DNA from: Antechinus flavipes
Taxonomy: Eukaryota
Reading direction: 5' to 3'
Assembly (NCBI RefSeq): GCF_016432865.1
Contig: NC_067400.1
Location: forward strand, 545,414,001 to 545,478,000
Length of the DNA: 64,000 nt
Shown here piece by piece: positions 25,560-38,920 of this stretch; positions within the stretch are counted from its first letter, which is position 1; every line of letters starts with the position of its first letter. Under the pieces are notes generated by a model, which ran no database searches, was not told the origin of the DNA, and saw only the letters and a program-made list of their open reading frames with translations. A program made the translations under genes and the position numbers.

Positions 25560-26100
25560 TCTAAAATATTTATAGTGGCTCCCTTTGTGGTGGCAAAGAA
25601 CTGGAAATTTCAAGGATGTCCATCAACTGAGGAATGGCCAAATAAGTTGTGGTACATGATCATGATGGAATATTACTTTGCAATAAGAAATAATGAGCTC
25701 AACAATCATAGAAAAAGTATACACGAAATGAGCACAATCATTGTATACAGTAATGACAATATTGTTTTAAAAATGATTTTGAATAAAAAAAGTCATTTTG
25801 AATATCATAAATACCCAAATTAATTACAAAGGATACATAAAGGAAGACCCTATCTGCATCCAGAGAAAGAACTAATAAATAAAAGTTTATGTAGAATGAT
25901 TTTTACATATATGTGTATATATTTGGATCTAATAGTAGCCATTTCTATAGTAGGGAGAAGGAAAGGGAAAAAATTAAAAAAAGATTATGTGATAATTTTA
26001 TTGTGTATTTAAAAGGGATAATAAATTGTTTATAATACATTTGCAGTATACCATGTTAAGGAAATGTCTGTTTCATAAATTAAAAATAAAATAAAAAAGA
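25560..26100 (+). mobile_element. Old L1 3' portion
   Basis: ORF 25575-25823 FVVAKNWKFQGCPSTEEWPNKLWY (L1 ORF2 end), then 3' UTR and A-rich tail. Confidence 0.9.
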
Positions 26101-26379
26101 AGCAAGGCAGTGAGCAACTCAATTTTTGAAGCTCACTTCTCATTCTATGGAGGATTGTCATCAGTCTGGTACAGGAAATCAGGAACAGAGAAAATTCTAC
26201 TCACATGTAGAGTCAAATGATTTCTAACTTTTCCTGAGTTGGTCCTTTTCAGTATTGACCAATTATTTGGTTTGAGTATCGTGGATTCTTGAGCAAAGGA
26301 TGGCATACAGCTTCTGAACAGCTAAAAAATTTCTAGTTTTTCCCTGGATAACAGTATTCTGAATTGGATTTAAGCTAGA

Positions 26380-26750
26380 GAAGATGTAGCAAGAGTAGCA
26401 ACCACCCTCCTGTAAAACTGTTTCAGTAGATGGGCTACTGGTTGAGGATACCCCACAGTCCTCAAACTCATCAGCAAATTAGGGAGTGTTCATCCCAAAA
26501 ACATGGTCAGAACAATTTGTTCCAGTGTCCATAAAAGCAGCTGAGGCAGGCACTGGAGAGTGTTTCAAGCTTGGTCAGACACTGCCACACAGGCCATTGC
26601 CAATCATCCTACCGTTGTCCTGCCACTGGACTTTGATAACTCTGTAAGATAACTTTGTGCAACTATCTCACTTAGATACAATTCATTTTCAAGTCAAGAT
26701 ATTATCATGTAGTGCCATTGGTCCTCTTTGAAATGAAGGATAAACAATAT
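26380..26750 (+). mobile_element. RTE-tailed marsupial SINE (WALLSI/RTESINE-like)
   Basis: Tail 'tgccactggactttgataactctg...ctttgtgcaactatctcactta...ttggtcctctttgaaatgaaggataaacaa'. Confidence 0.7.
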
Positions 26751-27349
26751 ATCAGAGTGTAACAGATGAGACAGGGAATTAAAAGCCTCAAAATACTTGA
26801 GTTTGAGTCCAAATTTTGCCATGTAAAGTTATTTTAATCTCATGAGTAACTACAAATCTGTATGCTCCAGGAGTTGCATCTGATAATATGAATCAGTTCT
26901 TTCTCTTTTTGGTATTCCTTGACCAAATAGATATCATGCAGAAATGTGCTAGAAAAATATTTTAGGTAATCAAAAAGTTCATAAGTGTTAAATTAAAATG
27001 ATGTTTTGATTATTAGACTCCATTATAGGATGTGGAGGAAAAGAAACATTTTCTTTAAAAACACATTTAGATAATTGAACCTGGAGGAATTATATATATA
27101 GTAAAATATAATTCAAATCAATTAGAGGGAAAGTAAAAGCCTGAACTAATTGAAGATTTAAATAATGAAAAATTTTCAGAGCTATGAATTTATTATTTTC
27201 AAGTATATATGGTAGTACCAACGTGGCTAGAATACTTTCCTTCTTGTCTCATTTATATTACTGAATTCTTAGCAAACTTTCTATTTACAAATAAAGAATA
27301 AGTATAAACTTTTCTCTGCCCAGGGTGAGCACAATTGTCTTGTATTATG

Positions 27350-27500
27350 ATTTTTTATTTTATTTTATTTTAATTCTGAATGTAAGAAAATAAGCATTTA
27401 CATAACAAAATAGAATAGGAAAAAAAAGGATTACACATGAAACTGCAAATCTATCATGTACAACTTGCTTTTTCTTTTAAATATATAATAAAGTTATTTC
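27350..27500 (-). mobile_element. Old L1 3' terminus
   Basis: Same tail as at 12665 ('aactgcaaatctatcatgtacaacttg'). Confidence 0.7.
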
Positions 27501-28317
27501 ATGAATTATGATTAATGGAATTGTCAGGCTCTATATTCACTGATTGCTAAAGTCTTGAAACTGTTGATACAGGCATAGTTGAGAGAACAGAGAGACCTCC
27601 GAAGAAGTTATTGGGAAAACATGGATTTTCTTGTGACAGAGTCAAAGATCATTGTCCCAATCAATAATGTATTTTATGCCTAATACCTCAAGCAACTTAC
27701 AGCATTGTATAACAAATAAGACCTTTTCCAGGGACCTATATACCATAGCTAGCAAAAATAGAGACACACAGAGAAAGTCACCCAGGTAACCATTCTCCTC
27801 ATAGCAACATGATTCTACAGTAATCTCTCTTTGCTCTCCCTTCTGTAAACACATGCAGCTCTATTGGCCTAATATATGGATCAGTTTATAAAACAACTCA
27901 TAGTCCTGAACTAACTTGACTTTTATAATTCACCACCGGCATCCTTCTGCCTTCCTGTTCTCACAGTCAAATGCCCTATTTTCCCAATTGTGGTAATAGT
28001 ATCTCCTCCTCTAAGGTCCTTCCTCCCTCATTCTATTTGATCAATTTTCATTAATTTGATTGTTCAGTGGTCTTCCAATTAAGTCTTCCTCTGATTCCAT
28101 GGAAATAACCAAGGGTTCCTGAAAACTATGCAAACAGAATACAAGCTCTAATACAACCTTTCATTAGATGTCAAGAAGATGGACCAATGAATCTTTCTCC
28201 CAAGATTTTCCTCCATAGAGAGTTCAGATTTTTCAGGCTAGCTTCATATACTATCAGCTGCTCTGTTTGGTTTTGAATCCGCTAATAAACATGATCCAGC
28301 ATCATGTCCTAGACCAG

Positions 28318-28930
28318 NNNNNNNNNNNNNNNNNNNNNNNNNNNNNNNNNNNNNNNNNNNNNNNNNNNNNNNNNNNNNNNNNNNNNNNNNNNNNNNNNNN
28401 NNNNNNNNNNNNNNNNNNNNNNNNNNNNNNNNNNNNNNNNNNNNNNNNNGCTCCCTCCCTCTTTGTCTCTTCTTCCCTCTCTTTCTCCTCCCTCCCTCCC
28501 TTCCAAAGCTTCTGGTTTTCAAGATAAAAACCTCTAATTCATTCTACCAATTCTCTCTATGTGTCTCTGTCTCCCCTATCACTCTCTTTNNNNNNNNNNN
28601 NNNNNNNNNNNNNNNNNNNNNNNNNNNNNNNNNNNNNNNNNNNNNNNNNNNNNNNNNNNNNNNNNNNNNNNNNNNNNNNNNNNNNNNNNNNNNNNNNNNN
28701 NNNNNNNNNNNNNNNNNNNNNNNNNNNNNNNNNNNNNNNNNNNNNNNNNNNNNNNNNNNNNNNCTGTCTCTCTTTTTGTCTCNNNNNNNNNNNNNNNNNN
28801 NNNNNNNNNNNNNNNNNNNNNNNNNNNNNNNNNNNNNNNNNNNNNNNNNNNNNNNNNNNNNNNNNNNNNNNNNNNNNNNNNNNNNNNNNNNNNNNNNNNN
28901 NNNNNNNNNNNNNNNNNNNNNNNNNNNNNT
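28318..28930. other. Three assembly gaps (28318-28449, 28590-28763, 28783-28930) in a CT-rich low-complexity tract
   Basis: N-runs flanked by TC-rich sequence. Confidence 0.95.
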
Positions 28931-28955
28931 CTTTCTGTCTCTGTATATCTGCCTT

Positions 28956-29037
<82 letters not shown>
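28956..29037. repeat. Compound (TC)n(AC)n microsatellite
   Basis: Direct reading. Confidence 0.95.
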
Positions 29038-29039
<2 letters not shown>

Positions 29040-29049
29040 AGTATTAATT

Positions 29050-29310
29050 GCCTTTTGTGCATTGCCTTTTCCTATTAAATTGTAAGCTCCGTGAGGGTGT
29101 TTTTTGACTAAAAAGCCAAGGTCTCCTTGCATCCAGGGCCATCTCCATTCTCCTGATCCAAATCTGGCCACTGGACCCAGATGGCTCTGGAGAAGGAACA
29201 CTGGTGATCTTGCCTGGCCCTCCTCACTTACATCCAACTCACTTGCATGTCATGCTCCCGCCTCCCCGATGTCAGGGTCATCTCTGCACCGAGGGACAAA
29301 CAACAACAAA
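29050..29310 (+). mobile_element. Mar1-type SINE tail
   Basis: 'ggccatctccattctcctgatcc...gccactggacccagatggctctggag...gatgtcagggtc...ggacaaacaacaacaa'. Confidence 0.75.
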
Positions 29311-30029
29311 GCTGAGAATATGGGGAAGAGAGGAGGGCCGTCCCTTGGTTTCCTCGATCGTACCCAGGAGAACTGGCTCCTAGGTTAAGTGTTTCAAGCA
29401 CTTGTTTGTGCTGATGGCTACTTCAGGGATTCCCTCTGTACTACAAGACCTTCAGGGCTTTGCTGGAAGCACAAACTCTGTCATAAACTGGTATTTCTTC
29501 TCCAGGCTTTTGTTCATGAGACAGAGACTTGAATTCAAAAACCTTCTCTTGATAGGAGCTTCTCCTCATTCTTGTAAGCAACTGTCCTGTTCCCTGCAGG
29601 AAACCTGGGTCAGTCCTGTTCCCAGAGCCTGCTTCCCAGAGCTGTTACCAGGAGCAAATGAAATAATTATTAGAAAGCACTTAGCCTAGTGCACGGTACA
29701 TGTTAATTTCCTTTCCAAGACATCCATGTGCCCCCTGGCACTACTGGGCTGCAGAGGGCACAGCATCAGGCACCTAGGCCAGAGTGATGGCTAACACCAC
29801 CACTTCTGAGGGGACGGCAGTTGTTTCAAGATCTGAACCCGACCCTATTCCTGTCTTCTAAGAGGCCCTTCAGATCTTAACAATTAGCAGTGTGAGCTTC
29901 AGGGAATCCAAAAAACATCAACCATAACCTAACAACTAATTTATGAAAAGGCCAAGTGTCAAGCAACCTACACTTGAGTGCCAAGTGCCCAGGAGGATGA
30001 TCTGCTAATCATTGCTTAGGTGCTCCTTT

Positions 30030-31440
30030 ACATTTAACAAGCATGTACTAAATGTCTACTTTGTGCCAGGAACTGTGGGAGATTCTGAGATACAAGGACA
30101 GAAAAATGACCTTTGAATTCTGCTGGGTGGGGATGGAGAGAGGAATAATGACAATGTCAATGAATAAAGATTCATTAATTACCTACCACTTTGTAGTGGG
30201 AATATAAAACCAAATATTTCAAGACACCAGTTTACATTCTACTTGGGGGAGAGAATAAAACAAGCACATAGATAAGGATTTTTAAAATAGAAAGCAATGG
30301 GTAGAAGGAAGAAGAGTTTAGATCAGTTTAGAGTTTGTGAAGAGGGGCAGAGAGAAATTTGCCTACACAAGTAGATTTGAGAAAGATTGTAAAGGATTTT
30401 AAATATTAAAGATATTTATATTTTAATCTAGAGTCAATAGTTACTGAATATTCATAATCAGGAAAGTGACATGGCCAAATCTGAGCTTTTGGAATGTCAA
30501 TATAGTATCTTGAGTTGAGGGGAAAGGACAGTAGGGAAACCAGTTAGGAGAGTATTACAATATGTCCCATGAGATGCCATGAGGAGATAAACTAGACTAG
30601 TAGCCATGGAACTGGGGAGAAAAAAGGACTGAAGTGAGAGTTAATATGGAGGTGGAATCAATAAAATTTGGTATATGGGGGCTGAGAAAGAGTGAAGAGT
30701 CAAAGATGACTCAGAAATAGTGAATCTGGGTAACTTAAAAAGATGATATTGCCTTTGATAGAAACAGGGATATTAAGAATAGAAGGGGAAGGGGAAGAAG
30801 TTGGAAAAAAGAGTAGGAAGAAGGCAATAAATTTTATTTTGTGTGTGTTTGAGTTCCAGAGGCCTATGGGCAGAGGTGTGTTGGAGCCATCTCACACCAA
30901 TGTTCAAGAGCCATATGTTAAATTCTCAGGGTAAATATTAATACCTGAGAAATTGGCAAATGCTACAAGTGAAGGCTTGATTTGTTGTTTTTTTTTATTG
31001 TCTAACCTTTAGAAAATGATGGCAAAAATGTTGATCATGCAGACTCAATTTAAAAATGCATTATAAGTACTTACTTCCCTGCCCTCTCAGAGAGAACCAG
31101 TTGTGAAACATTTATTAGCACACTTCTGTCTATGGGATAATTGATTGGAGATATTCAAGAGGTAGTTGGTGAGGTGGGGATGGAGCTCAGGAATGAAGTG
31201 AAAGCTAGATTTATTACTTTGAGAAAATCTGTATAAAGATGTTAATTGAACCCATGGGAACTTATGAGATCACCAAGATAGGTAATATAAGGAGAGAAGA
31301 GGCCTAGGATAGAGCCCTGAAGTACAGCAATATTTAGGAAGTCAACATGAATGATGTGCTACCAAATGTCCCTGAGACTGTATGATCAGAAAAATAAGAG
31401 AAGTTGGAAGCAGAAACATCATGAAAACCTAGGAAAGCAA
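30030..31440 (-). mobile_element. L2 (long decayed fragment)
   Basis: 3' end 'aacaagcatgtactaaatgtctactttgtgccagg' and internal 'gatgttaattgaacccatgggaacttatgagatcacca'. Confidence 0.8.
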
Positions 31441-31544
31441 GACTTTCTCAAATTTCCAGGCATTTCTTACTCTTCTACTACTTTTAACATCTTCACATTA
31501 TTTCCCTATCTCTTGTGGACAGTGCATCAGAAATGACTTTCAAA

Positions 31545-31815
31545 GTAGTTGTCAAACTTCCTTTGCATCATTCCTCTTACTGCTATTGTTATTCAGTGTG
31601 AACCACTCTGTGACCCAATTTGGGATTTTCTTGGTAGAGATACTGGAGTGGTCTGCCATTTCCTTTTCTGACTCATTTTTAAAGATAAGGAACCTGAGGC
31701 ACACAGGGTTAAATGACTTGCCTAGAGTTATACAAGTAAGAATGAAGTTTGAACTCAGAAAGATGAGTTTCCCTGATTCCAAGCCTAGTGCTCAATTCAT
31801 TTCACCATCTAGCTC
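31545..31815 (-). mobile_element. Mar1/MIR-like SINE
   Basis: 'gggattttcttggtagagatactggagtggtctgccatttcc...gggttaaatgacttgcctagagt'. Confidence 0.85.
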
Positions 31816-31939
31816 TCATCATTTCTCTTATTTATCCTTTTGTTATCTCAATGTTCTATTGTATTGTAATGTAGGAAGACTGATAACAGATCTATCTCCC
31901 TATCTCTCTCTGTCCCTCTGTTTCTTTCTCTCTCTGTCT

Positions 31940-31942
<3 letters not shown>

Positions 31943-31992
<50 letters not shown>
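31943..31992. repeat. (TA)25 microsatellite
   Basis: Direct reading. Confidence 0.95.
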
Positions 31993-31996
<4 letters not shown>

Positions 31997-32019
31997 GGGA
32001 TATATGGGTATCCAGGGAA

Positions 32020-32500
32020 GACTAGTACCCCTTTTTAGGGCTGCTCATCCCTTTAATGTCCACCTTCACTAACTCTCACCAAGAAGCTCCAAGAGACTCC
32101 AAGATGCTGTAGCATGCCCAGTGGTCACACACCTATAAAACAACCATCTTGGCTAACTCTGGTTGAGGGTAATTGATAGACCTCAGACTTGTTAGTGAGT
32201 TAAAGGGATGTCTACTCCCAAATACATAAAGACTTTTCCCAAAACATGGATGGCTAAGAACAATTTCTTCCAATGGCGGAGCAGAAAGCAGGCATTTTTG
32301 AGTGCTTAGAGTTTGATTAGACATTGAATAAGGTCATTCTTTATATCCCAGACCATCAACAGTCATTCTCACTTTTGTCTTGCCATTGGACTTTAATGAC
32401 TCTGCAGAGACTTATCTCTCTGGAGAGAGAGGCTGACAACTTTGTGCAACTCCACCTCACTTAAATCCAAGATTTTATTGGTACTTTTCTAAATAAAAGA
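32020..32500 (+). mobile_element. RTE-tailed marsupial SINE (WALLSI/RTESINE-like)
   Basis: Same tail family as 26380-26750 ('ttttgtcttgccattggactttaatgactctg...ctttgtgcaactccacctcacttaaatcca'). Confidence 0.7.
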
Positions 32501-33149
32501 TAAATATTAGCCTTTCATGTGTGATCATACATAAACATACCTATTTTCCCTCCTAATAGTATATATATTTATAGGGAAGTATGCCTTAGGTTTAGGGGAG
32601 GGGGAGTTGTTCTAGTGTAAATTTTATTAGTGTGCTATTAAGCTAAATGTCTTTTTAAAAAATTGATCATGTCCTCTGACTACAGTAAATTAATAGGTGG
32701 GGAATTATTAGTTATCATTTCAAGTGCACATGAACCCATAGAGCAACTTGAATCTGAGATAGTTATTCTGGGAGTCTCAGCCTGAGATAGGAGTGTTCTA
32801 GCTGGTCCAGTAAAACAAAAATAATGCATTAAAAGCCCTTTATGTGATCAAGTAAGAGATATTCCAATATGTCACAAATCAGTAAAGTCGCTCACATTCA
32901 AAAACTATTTAATTGTACAATACACAGTGAAAATGTTGGTAGTTTTTATTACTAGTTCACATATACTTAGTACTTAGCATGGTGATGTAATGGTTCTCTA
33001 GTTCACAATCAGTATGCTGTAATGATGTAATTGTAATAGGATATTTAAGGGCTGAGAAGGACTGGAAATGAGACATTCCATCTTTGACCATCGCAGTAAT
33101 GGTTCTCCTGCCTTTATCACTTCTCCACCTAAAGACCAAAGCTCATCCG

Positions 33150-33515
33150 AAGAACCTCCAGAAAGTTAGCCTGAATATTACATATCTGTATATAAATACA
33201 TACACATACATACATACATATACAAGTATGTCCATGCTTCATTGTAACCTACTTGGGGCAGGTTGTGGGGAGAAAAGAGAGAAAAAAGGAATAAAATTTA
33301 AAAATGGACAGCAGAGAACAAAAGAAACTTACAAGGAAGTAAAGATGGACAGTTATGAATACAATGTCTTTTATTATTATATATGCTTTCTTGAAATGGA
33401 AATTTATTGCCATATATTTCAAATCCTCTCATATTCTTCTGGGCACATTATAATTTTTTCTTTTTTTTTTTCTATCTCCTTTTTTTCTTATTTGCATTTA
33501 AATTTTAAATAAATA
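33150..33515 (+). mobile_element. Probable L1/HAL1-type 3' end
   Basis: G-rich stretch followed by an A-rich tail ending 'ttttaaataaataatt'. Confidence 0.5.
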
Positions 33516-33889
33516 ATTACAAACAATAGTGCTACAAATTTAAGAATAAAAACCAATATTTACATATTGCTTTAAGATTTGTAAAGTGCTCATGTGGTGT
33601 ATGTGTGTGTATGTTTGTATGTATGTATATATTTGTAAAGTGCTTTCACTTGATTGTCATAAAACCCTCTGAATATGAGGAGGGGCTCTGATTCCCACAG
33701 TATAAGAATTTCCTTTACCTTTTATCATACAGCAACTCTTTCAATAGATAAGACCTAGGGAGATTTCTAAGGTAAAAGGAGACAATGACTTGTTTAGGAG
33801 TCATGGAAATGGTATTTAGCTCTTCCTGATTATAACCCCAATATTCTATATATTGTACTTGGCTCTTCTGTAAGATAGTTTGACAGACG

Positions 33890-34320
33890 TCATTATTATT
33901 TCCATCTTACAGATGAGGAAACTAAGGCTCAGAAAGAGCAAGTGATTTGTCCATTTTCACAAGCTGATAAACATAAAAGGCACAATTCTAAGCCAGTTCT
34001 TCCTGACTAAATCCAGCATCCTAGGCACTATGCCAATTAGAAATAGTCTGTGAATTGAATCTCTCCTAAAATCTCACTTTCAATAAGAAGCCTTTCCCAG
34101 TCGCCCTTAATGCTAGGGATTTCCCTTTGATACTACCTATAATTTTTTTGGTATATATCTTTAATGCACAGTCTGCATGTTCTCTCTCCTATTAGGTTGT
34201 GAGGCTTTCTTTCCTTTTCCCCTTCTTCCCTATGCCCACCCTTATATCCCTAGAGTTGAATATAGTGCCTAGAACATTAGAGATGTTTAATAAATTCTAA
34301 TTGACTTGACTTGAATCATT
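33890..34320. mobile_element. MIR (minus) followed by an L2 3' end (plus)
   Basis: 'ccatcttacagatgaggaaactaaggctcaga'; 'tttaataaattctaattgacttgact'. Confidence 0.75.
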
Positions 34321-35916
34321 TGAAATTGTGTCTAAATGAACACAACTCCATATTAACATTTTGTCCAAGGACAGAATTGTTTTGGAAGTTGCATGAAGGA
34401 AAATATTATTAAATTATAGTCATTTGAAAATAAATTCTTACTGATAGAACCAAGAAGCCACATCATAGGCAAACATGCACATGTTCTCCTATAGGAATGT
34501 AATCAGTTGTCTTTATAATTGCATCAATTCTCTTTTACAAAGCACTTGGGAGGAAGAATTCCGTAGAGGCACAATTATTTTATTAGATTTTTTGAAAATG
34601 CTCACGATAGCAAGAAATCTCTGTTAAAGTAATGAGTAAATTATTATCAAAGTCATTGAACGGTTCAGTTTGTTGTAATATATTACTGCCCCTGGCAAAC
34701 TGGCTCCACGTTATCAGTACAGCCTCATCCTCTCCTGCCTACAGGGAAAATGGCCTGTAGGAAGGAAATGGAATCCGTGTTCCTACAATCACCATTCCCC
34801 AGCATATTATAGCCTGTGCTGACAACTTGAAGTGTACTTACTGTTAGAGTGCCTTAGCATTCCTCTTAGTGGAGGCAGAGAAATTATAGGAAGAAAGCTG
34901 TAGGTGACTCACCTCTATATATCCAGGGCACAAGAGAAATAAAGAAGTATTCCTAAACCTTAATCCTGAAATTTACTACAGACTGCTATTTTAAATAAAG
35001 TCAGCTCTCAATCATCCCCCCTTTGGTGAGGGGGTTGGGGGCCTGCACCACAGATCATTCAGAGACAGCGGATAAAGAACAATTCTGATATTGTTTGCCT
35101 TGAGAAGCATGATGTTTTGGGCAACAGGTTTCCCTTCCTAATTACACTCTAGTTAGACTAATATTAAAACTATTCTGCATTCTCTAAGCACACACCAGCT
35201 GCAAACCTATGTAGCAAGGGAAATCAGTTGGGGATTAAAGTATTTATTTGTTCTGGATAGATAATCAAAGAGTTGATGATAGCTGTATTTTCCTGGATTA
35301 ACAAATTTTGGTACAATAATATTCTTCTTCCCTTCCAACTGGACCTCAATACAGGGCCCAGAATTGGTCATGTAGGAGCACATGCATATAAGCCCTATTA
35401 AAACCTCTTCTTAGGAAAAAAATATGATAAGCTCATTCACATTAAGGTATAAATAACTGATAAGGCTTAATAAAAGTGTCCTCATGGTAGTATTTGCATT
35501 TTAATGGAAGATGAAATCCTTAGAGAATGAATCTCCAATTTTTTAATTTCAGGCATCAACAAGCCAGAGAGTGAGATTTGGGTGTGGGGGTGTGTTTGGA
35601 GGTGGGAGTCAGGGGAGACTTCCCCTGGCCTTGAAATCACACCATAAGGGCAGCTGTTTACTCTGCCTACTCACAAGGCCGGCTCTGCTTCAAGCTGTGG
35701 CTTTCTTTTCAATAATGCTTCCATGTCTTTTCCTTCTTGAGCAAAATTTTTCAGAAGATTGAATGAAGTTAATGGCCCCTAAAAAAATCATAAACAAATG
35801 TCTTGCTTTGAGGAAAATTAGGATTAGGTAAGCATACTTTACCACATGGTGATGTTATTTTTTGAATAGCTGACAGTTAAAATAGCCACAACTGACTACC
35901 CCTCCCCATCCTCACC

Positions 35917-35947
<31 letters not shown>

Positions 35948-36377
35948 GGAAGAAAAGATGTGAGGATTTGGCAGCCTGTTTTGTTAGACAAAATGTTTCC
36001 TGAAAATTAGGGTTTAATCAAGTTCGGACAGGCCTGCCTTTGAAAGGGTTCCAGATTTTTTTTTTTTAATATTTAGGCTCTTCTGCACCTTTTCATATTG
36101 TTTGCCATCAACTCTCCCTGCACAGAGGTTTTGAACTGAATCATCAACTTTTCTTTTTCAAGTATATTAAATTAGACTACAGCCTGAAACCAAACATTTG
36201 TTCTCACAAGCATTTTTTCCCCCATGTCATCATAGTAATGAAAACCAGAAATTCAGTAAGGCCTCATCTCCAACAAAGCAGGAATTTGAAGCTGTCTAGG
36301 TCCACACTTTTGCTATCCTATGATTTGGTCAAATAATTTAAATCATTTGATTCCTTTCTTTTGGGCTTGAGGAATTA

Positions 36378-37155
36378 CACTAATATTAGAAAAGACTAAA
36401 TTACAAAGGAATAAATAGTAAACGTTTTTGATACTTTAGTCTCTGATTATTTTATTTTTCAATTAAAAAATTAAAAACAATTTCTCCTTGTGGTATTGGT
36501 CAATATACATGATAGTTAATTTCTATGAATTTCAAGGTCATATATGATGTACCTTTGATAAAGTCTGTTTAGATCAAACCTCTTTCCCCAGAGGAAGGAA
36601 AGGATTGAGGGAGCACAATTGATGAGTCCATTAATATAGTTAAAAGAATTCTACTAACCCTTTTGTCTATCTTTATCTAACCTTCTTGATTAGTGTATTT
36701 AAAGATACTTGAAGTTCCCTTACCCTAGACTGGTGAATTAAACACTAACATTAGAAAAGACTAAATTACAAAGGCATTAATAATAAAACTTTTTGACAGT
36801 TCAGTCTCTATCCTATTTTTCAGTTAAAAAAAAAAGTTAAAAACAATTTCTCCCTGTGGTATTGGTTAATGTACATGACAGTTAATTTCTGTGAATTTCA
36901 GGGTCTTACTTGATGCACCTTTGATATAGTCTGATTAGCACAAACCTCTTTTCCCAGAGGAAAGAGTAGATAGAGATAGCACAATTGATGAGTCTGTCAA
37001 CATAGTCAAAGGAATTTTACCAACCCTTTTGTTTATCTTTATCTAACCTTCATGATTAGTGTATTCAAAGGTACTCAGAGTTCCCTTACCCTAGATTGGT
37101 GAATTATTAAGGACTTCCACCTTTTTATATATTGGTGTATAAAGCACCAAAGACC
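36378..37155. repeat. Diverged tandem duplication, period about 365 bp
   Basis: 'cactaa(t/c)attagaaaagactaaattacaaagg' at 36378 and 36743; the units align through 'gttcccttaccctaga(c/t)tggtgaatta'. Confidence 0.92.
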
Positions 37156-37799
37156 AGAGAGAATTTGGAGATAAATTTAAAAACTCTTTCTGCTTCTTTG
37201 AGGGCTGTTGCTCCTGTAGTATCCTTTCATTGGCCTAAGGGTTGTATGAGTTGGATTAATCTTTCAAATCTCATGGCTCCATTAGCTTACTCTAGGAAAA
37301 CTTATCCCTTTCTTCTTGATGCCTGTTATTTCCTGATTGTTCCAAACCTCCATGTTTTGTTAAAACAAACATCTAATTAAAGTAATAAAAGCCATAATAA
37401 ACAAGTTATCTACGAAGGCCATCATCACTTCTCTTTCACCCATTATACAACTACAATCTTAAATTTCACAACCTAAGGCACTTCATTCTGTTCCAAATAA
37501 CAGCATTGATGGGAATAATGAAGGGAATAGTCAAGGTTTGGAAGACTCACTGATCCTTATTTCAGAGAATACACATCAATGCAGTGTGAGAATTCTGCCT
37601 GGCCATAAAGACTCTATTCCTGGGCATTCCTGATCCATTTCTGCTCCTAGCGCAACTCCAGATTCAGCTCTGCTCCTCTTTTCTCTAGCTGCATACCTTG
37701 CTTGCATTTGGATTTTCCTCATATCTCAAGGAGTACATAGTCTTAAAGGCATTAGGCAGAAGAGTTTTGTTTTGATTTCCATTTTTATCTCTATATTCG

Positions 37800-38410
37800 T
37801 ATTCAAAATTCTTCTTACTCTATTTTGATGATCTCACACTTATGGGCATGAACCCTTCAAATTTCTCACCCTAATTTCTTCCATCATCCCACACAATTGA
37901 GAATATGCCCATAGCCTTGGAGTTTTCACACTTGGAGGAATGTTAACATTATTACTATATTTTCATCAATCCATACAGGTCTTCCCAAGATTCCCTAAAA
38001 CATTTTTCCATCATTTCTTATGGCACAATAGTGCACCATTAAATTCAAATGCCATAATTTGTTAGCCATCCCCAACTGATGAGAAAAATTTTAGTTTTCA
38101 GTTCTTTTTCTTTTTTCCTTTTAATCCCCTCTTCAGGATCAACCTTCCAAAGAAGAAGCTTCCTTTGCTTATAAGTATTCCTTCCCTAGTAGTATCCTTC
38201 TTCTAAATCCCACCCTTCCCTATCTCAAAGTCTTTGTGCACATTCAATTCTCCTTTGTCCAATTCAAATAAGAGTGAAGCTTATCTGACTGATACCTAAT
38301 CCTTCCACACACCCTTCCATGTTTGTGTATTTTTCTTTCATACCCCAATTTTGAGAAATAGTAATTCTATCCCATTCTTATTTTCTATATTAGTGTGTTC
38401 TTTTCACTCT
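37800..38410 (-). mobile_element. Old L1 fragment
   Basis: 'tttcttatggcacaatagtgcaccattaaattcaaatgccataatttgttagccatccccaa'. Confidence 0.6.
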
Positions 38411-38419
38411 CCTTTTTGA

Positions 38420-38625
38420 GTAAACTAAGGGGTGCAGTGGATAGAGCTCTGGGTGTAGCATTTGGAAAACTTCAAACACTTACTGGTGGTGTGACTTTGA
38501 GCAAATCACTTAATTATTTGCCTCAATTTCCCCAATTGTAAAATGGAGATAATAATAGCACTTACTTTATTGGGTTGTTGAGAGAATCAAAGGAAATAAA
38601 GTGTAGAGTATAGTGCCTGACTTAA
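38420..38625 (+). mobile_element. MIR
   Basis: 'ggtgcagtggatagagctctggg...gcctcaatttccccaattgtaaaatggagatataatagcac'. Confidence 0.85.
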
Positions 38626-38634
38626 GGTATATAA

Positions 38635-38920
38635 AGTTAATTTCTGTGAATTTCAGGGTCTTACTTGATACACCTTTGATATAGTCTGGTTAGCTCAAAC
38701 CTCTTTCCCCAGAGGCAGGAAAGGGGAAGGAGTAGATAGAGATAGCACAATTGAGAGTCCATCAATATAGTCAAAGGAATTTTACCAACCCTTTTGTTTA
38801 TCTTTATCTAACCTTCATGATTAGTGTATTCAAAGGTACCCAGAGTTCCCTTACCCTAGAGTGGTGAATTATTAAGGATCTCCACCTTTTTATCTACTGG
38901 TGTATAAAGCACCAAAGACC
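38635..38920. repeat. Third, partial copy of the 36.4-37.2 kb unit
   Basis: Aligns with 36880-37155 from 'agttaatttctgtgaatttcagggtcttacttgat' to 'tgtataaagcaccaaagacc'. Confidence 0.92.

Noticed and set aside
28244-29237. Long ORFs of 92-226 aa in the track
   Set aside because: Made by N-runs and (TC)/(AC) microsatellites (X, CVCV and HTHT runs)
29721-29735. CTCF-like core gtgccccctggcac
   Set aside because: Lacks the 5' CCA of the consensus; weak match
31586-32038. 150-aa ORF
   Set aside because: Antisense SINE plus (TA)n read-through
33084-33512. 142-aa ORF
   Set aside because: Runs through low-complexity AC/AT repeats and a retroposon tail; no recognisable domain
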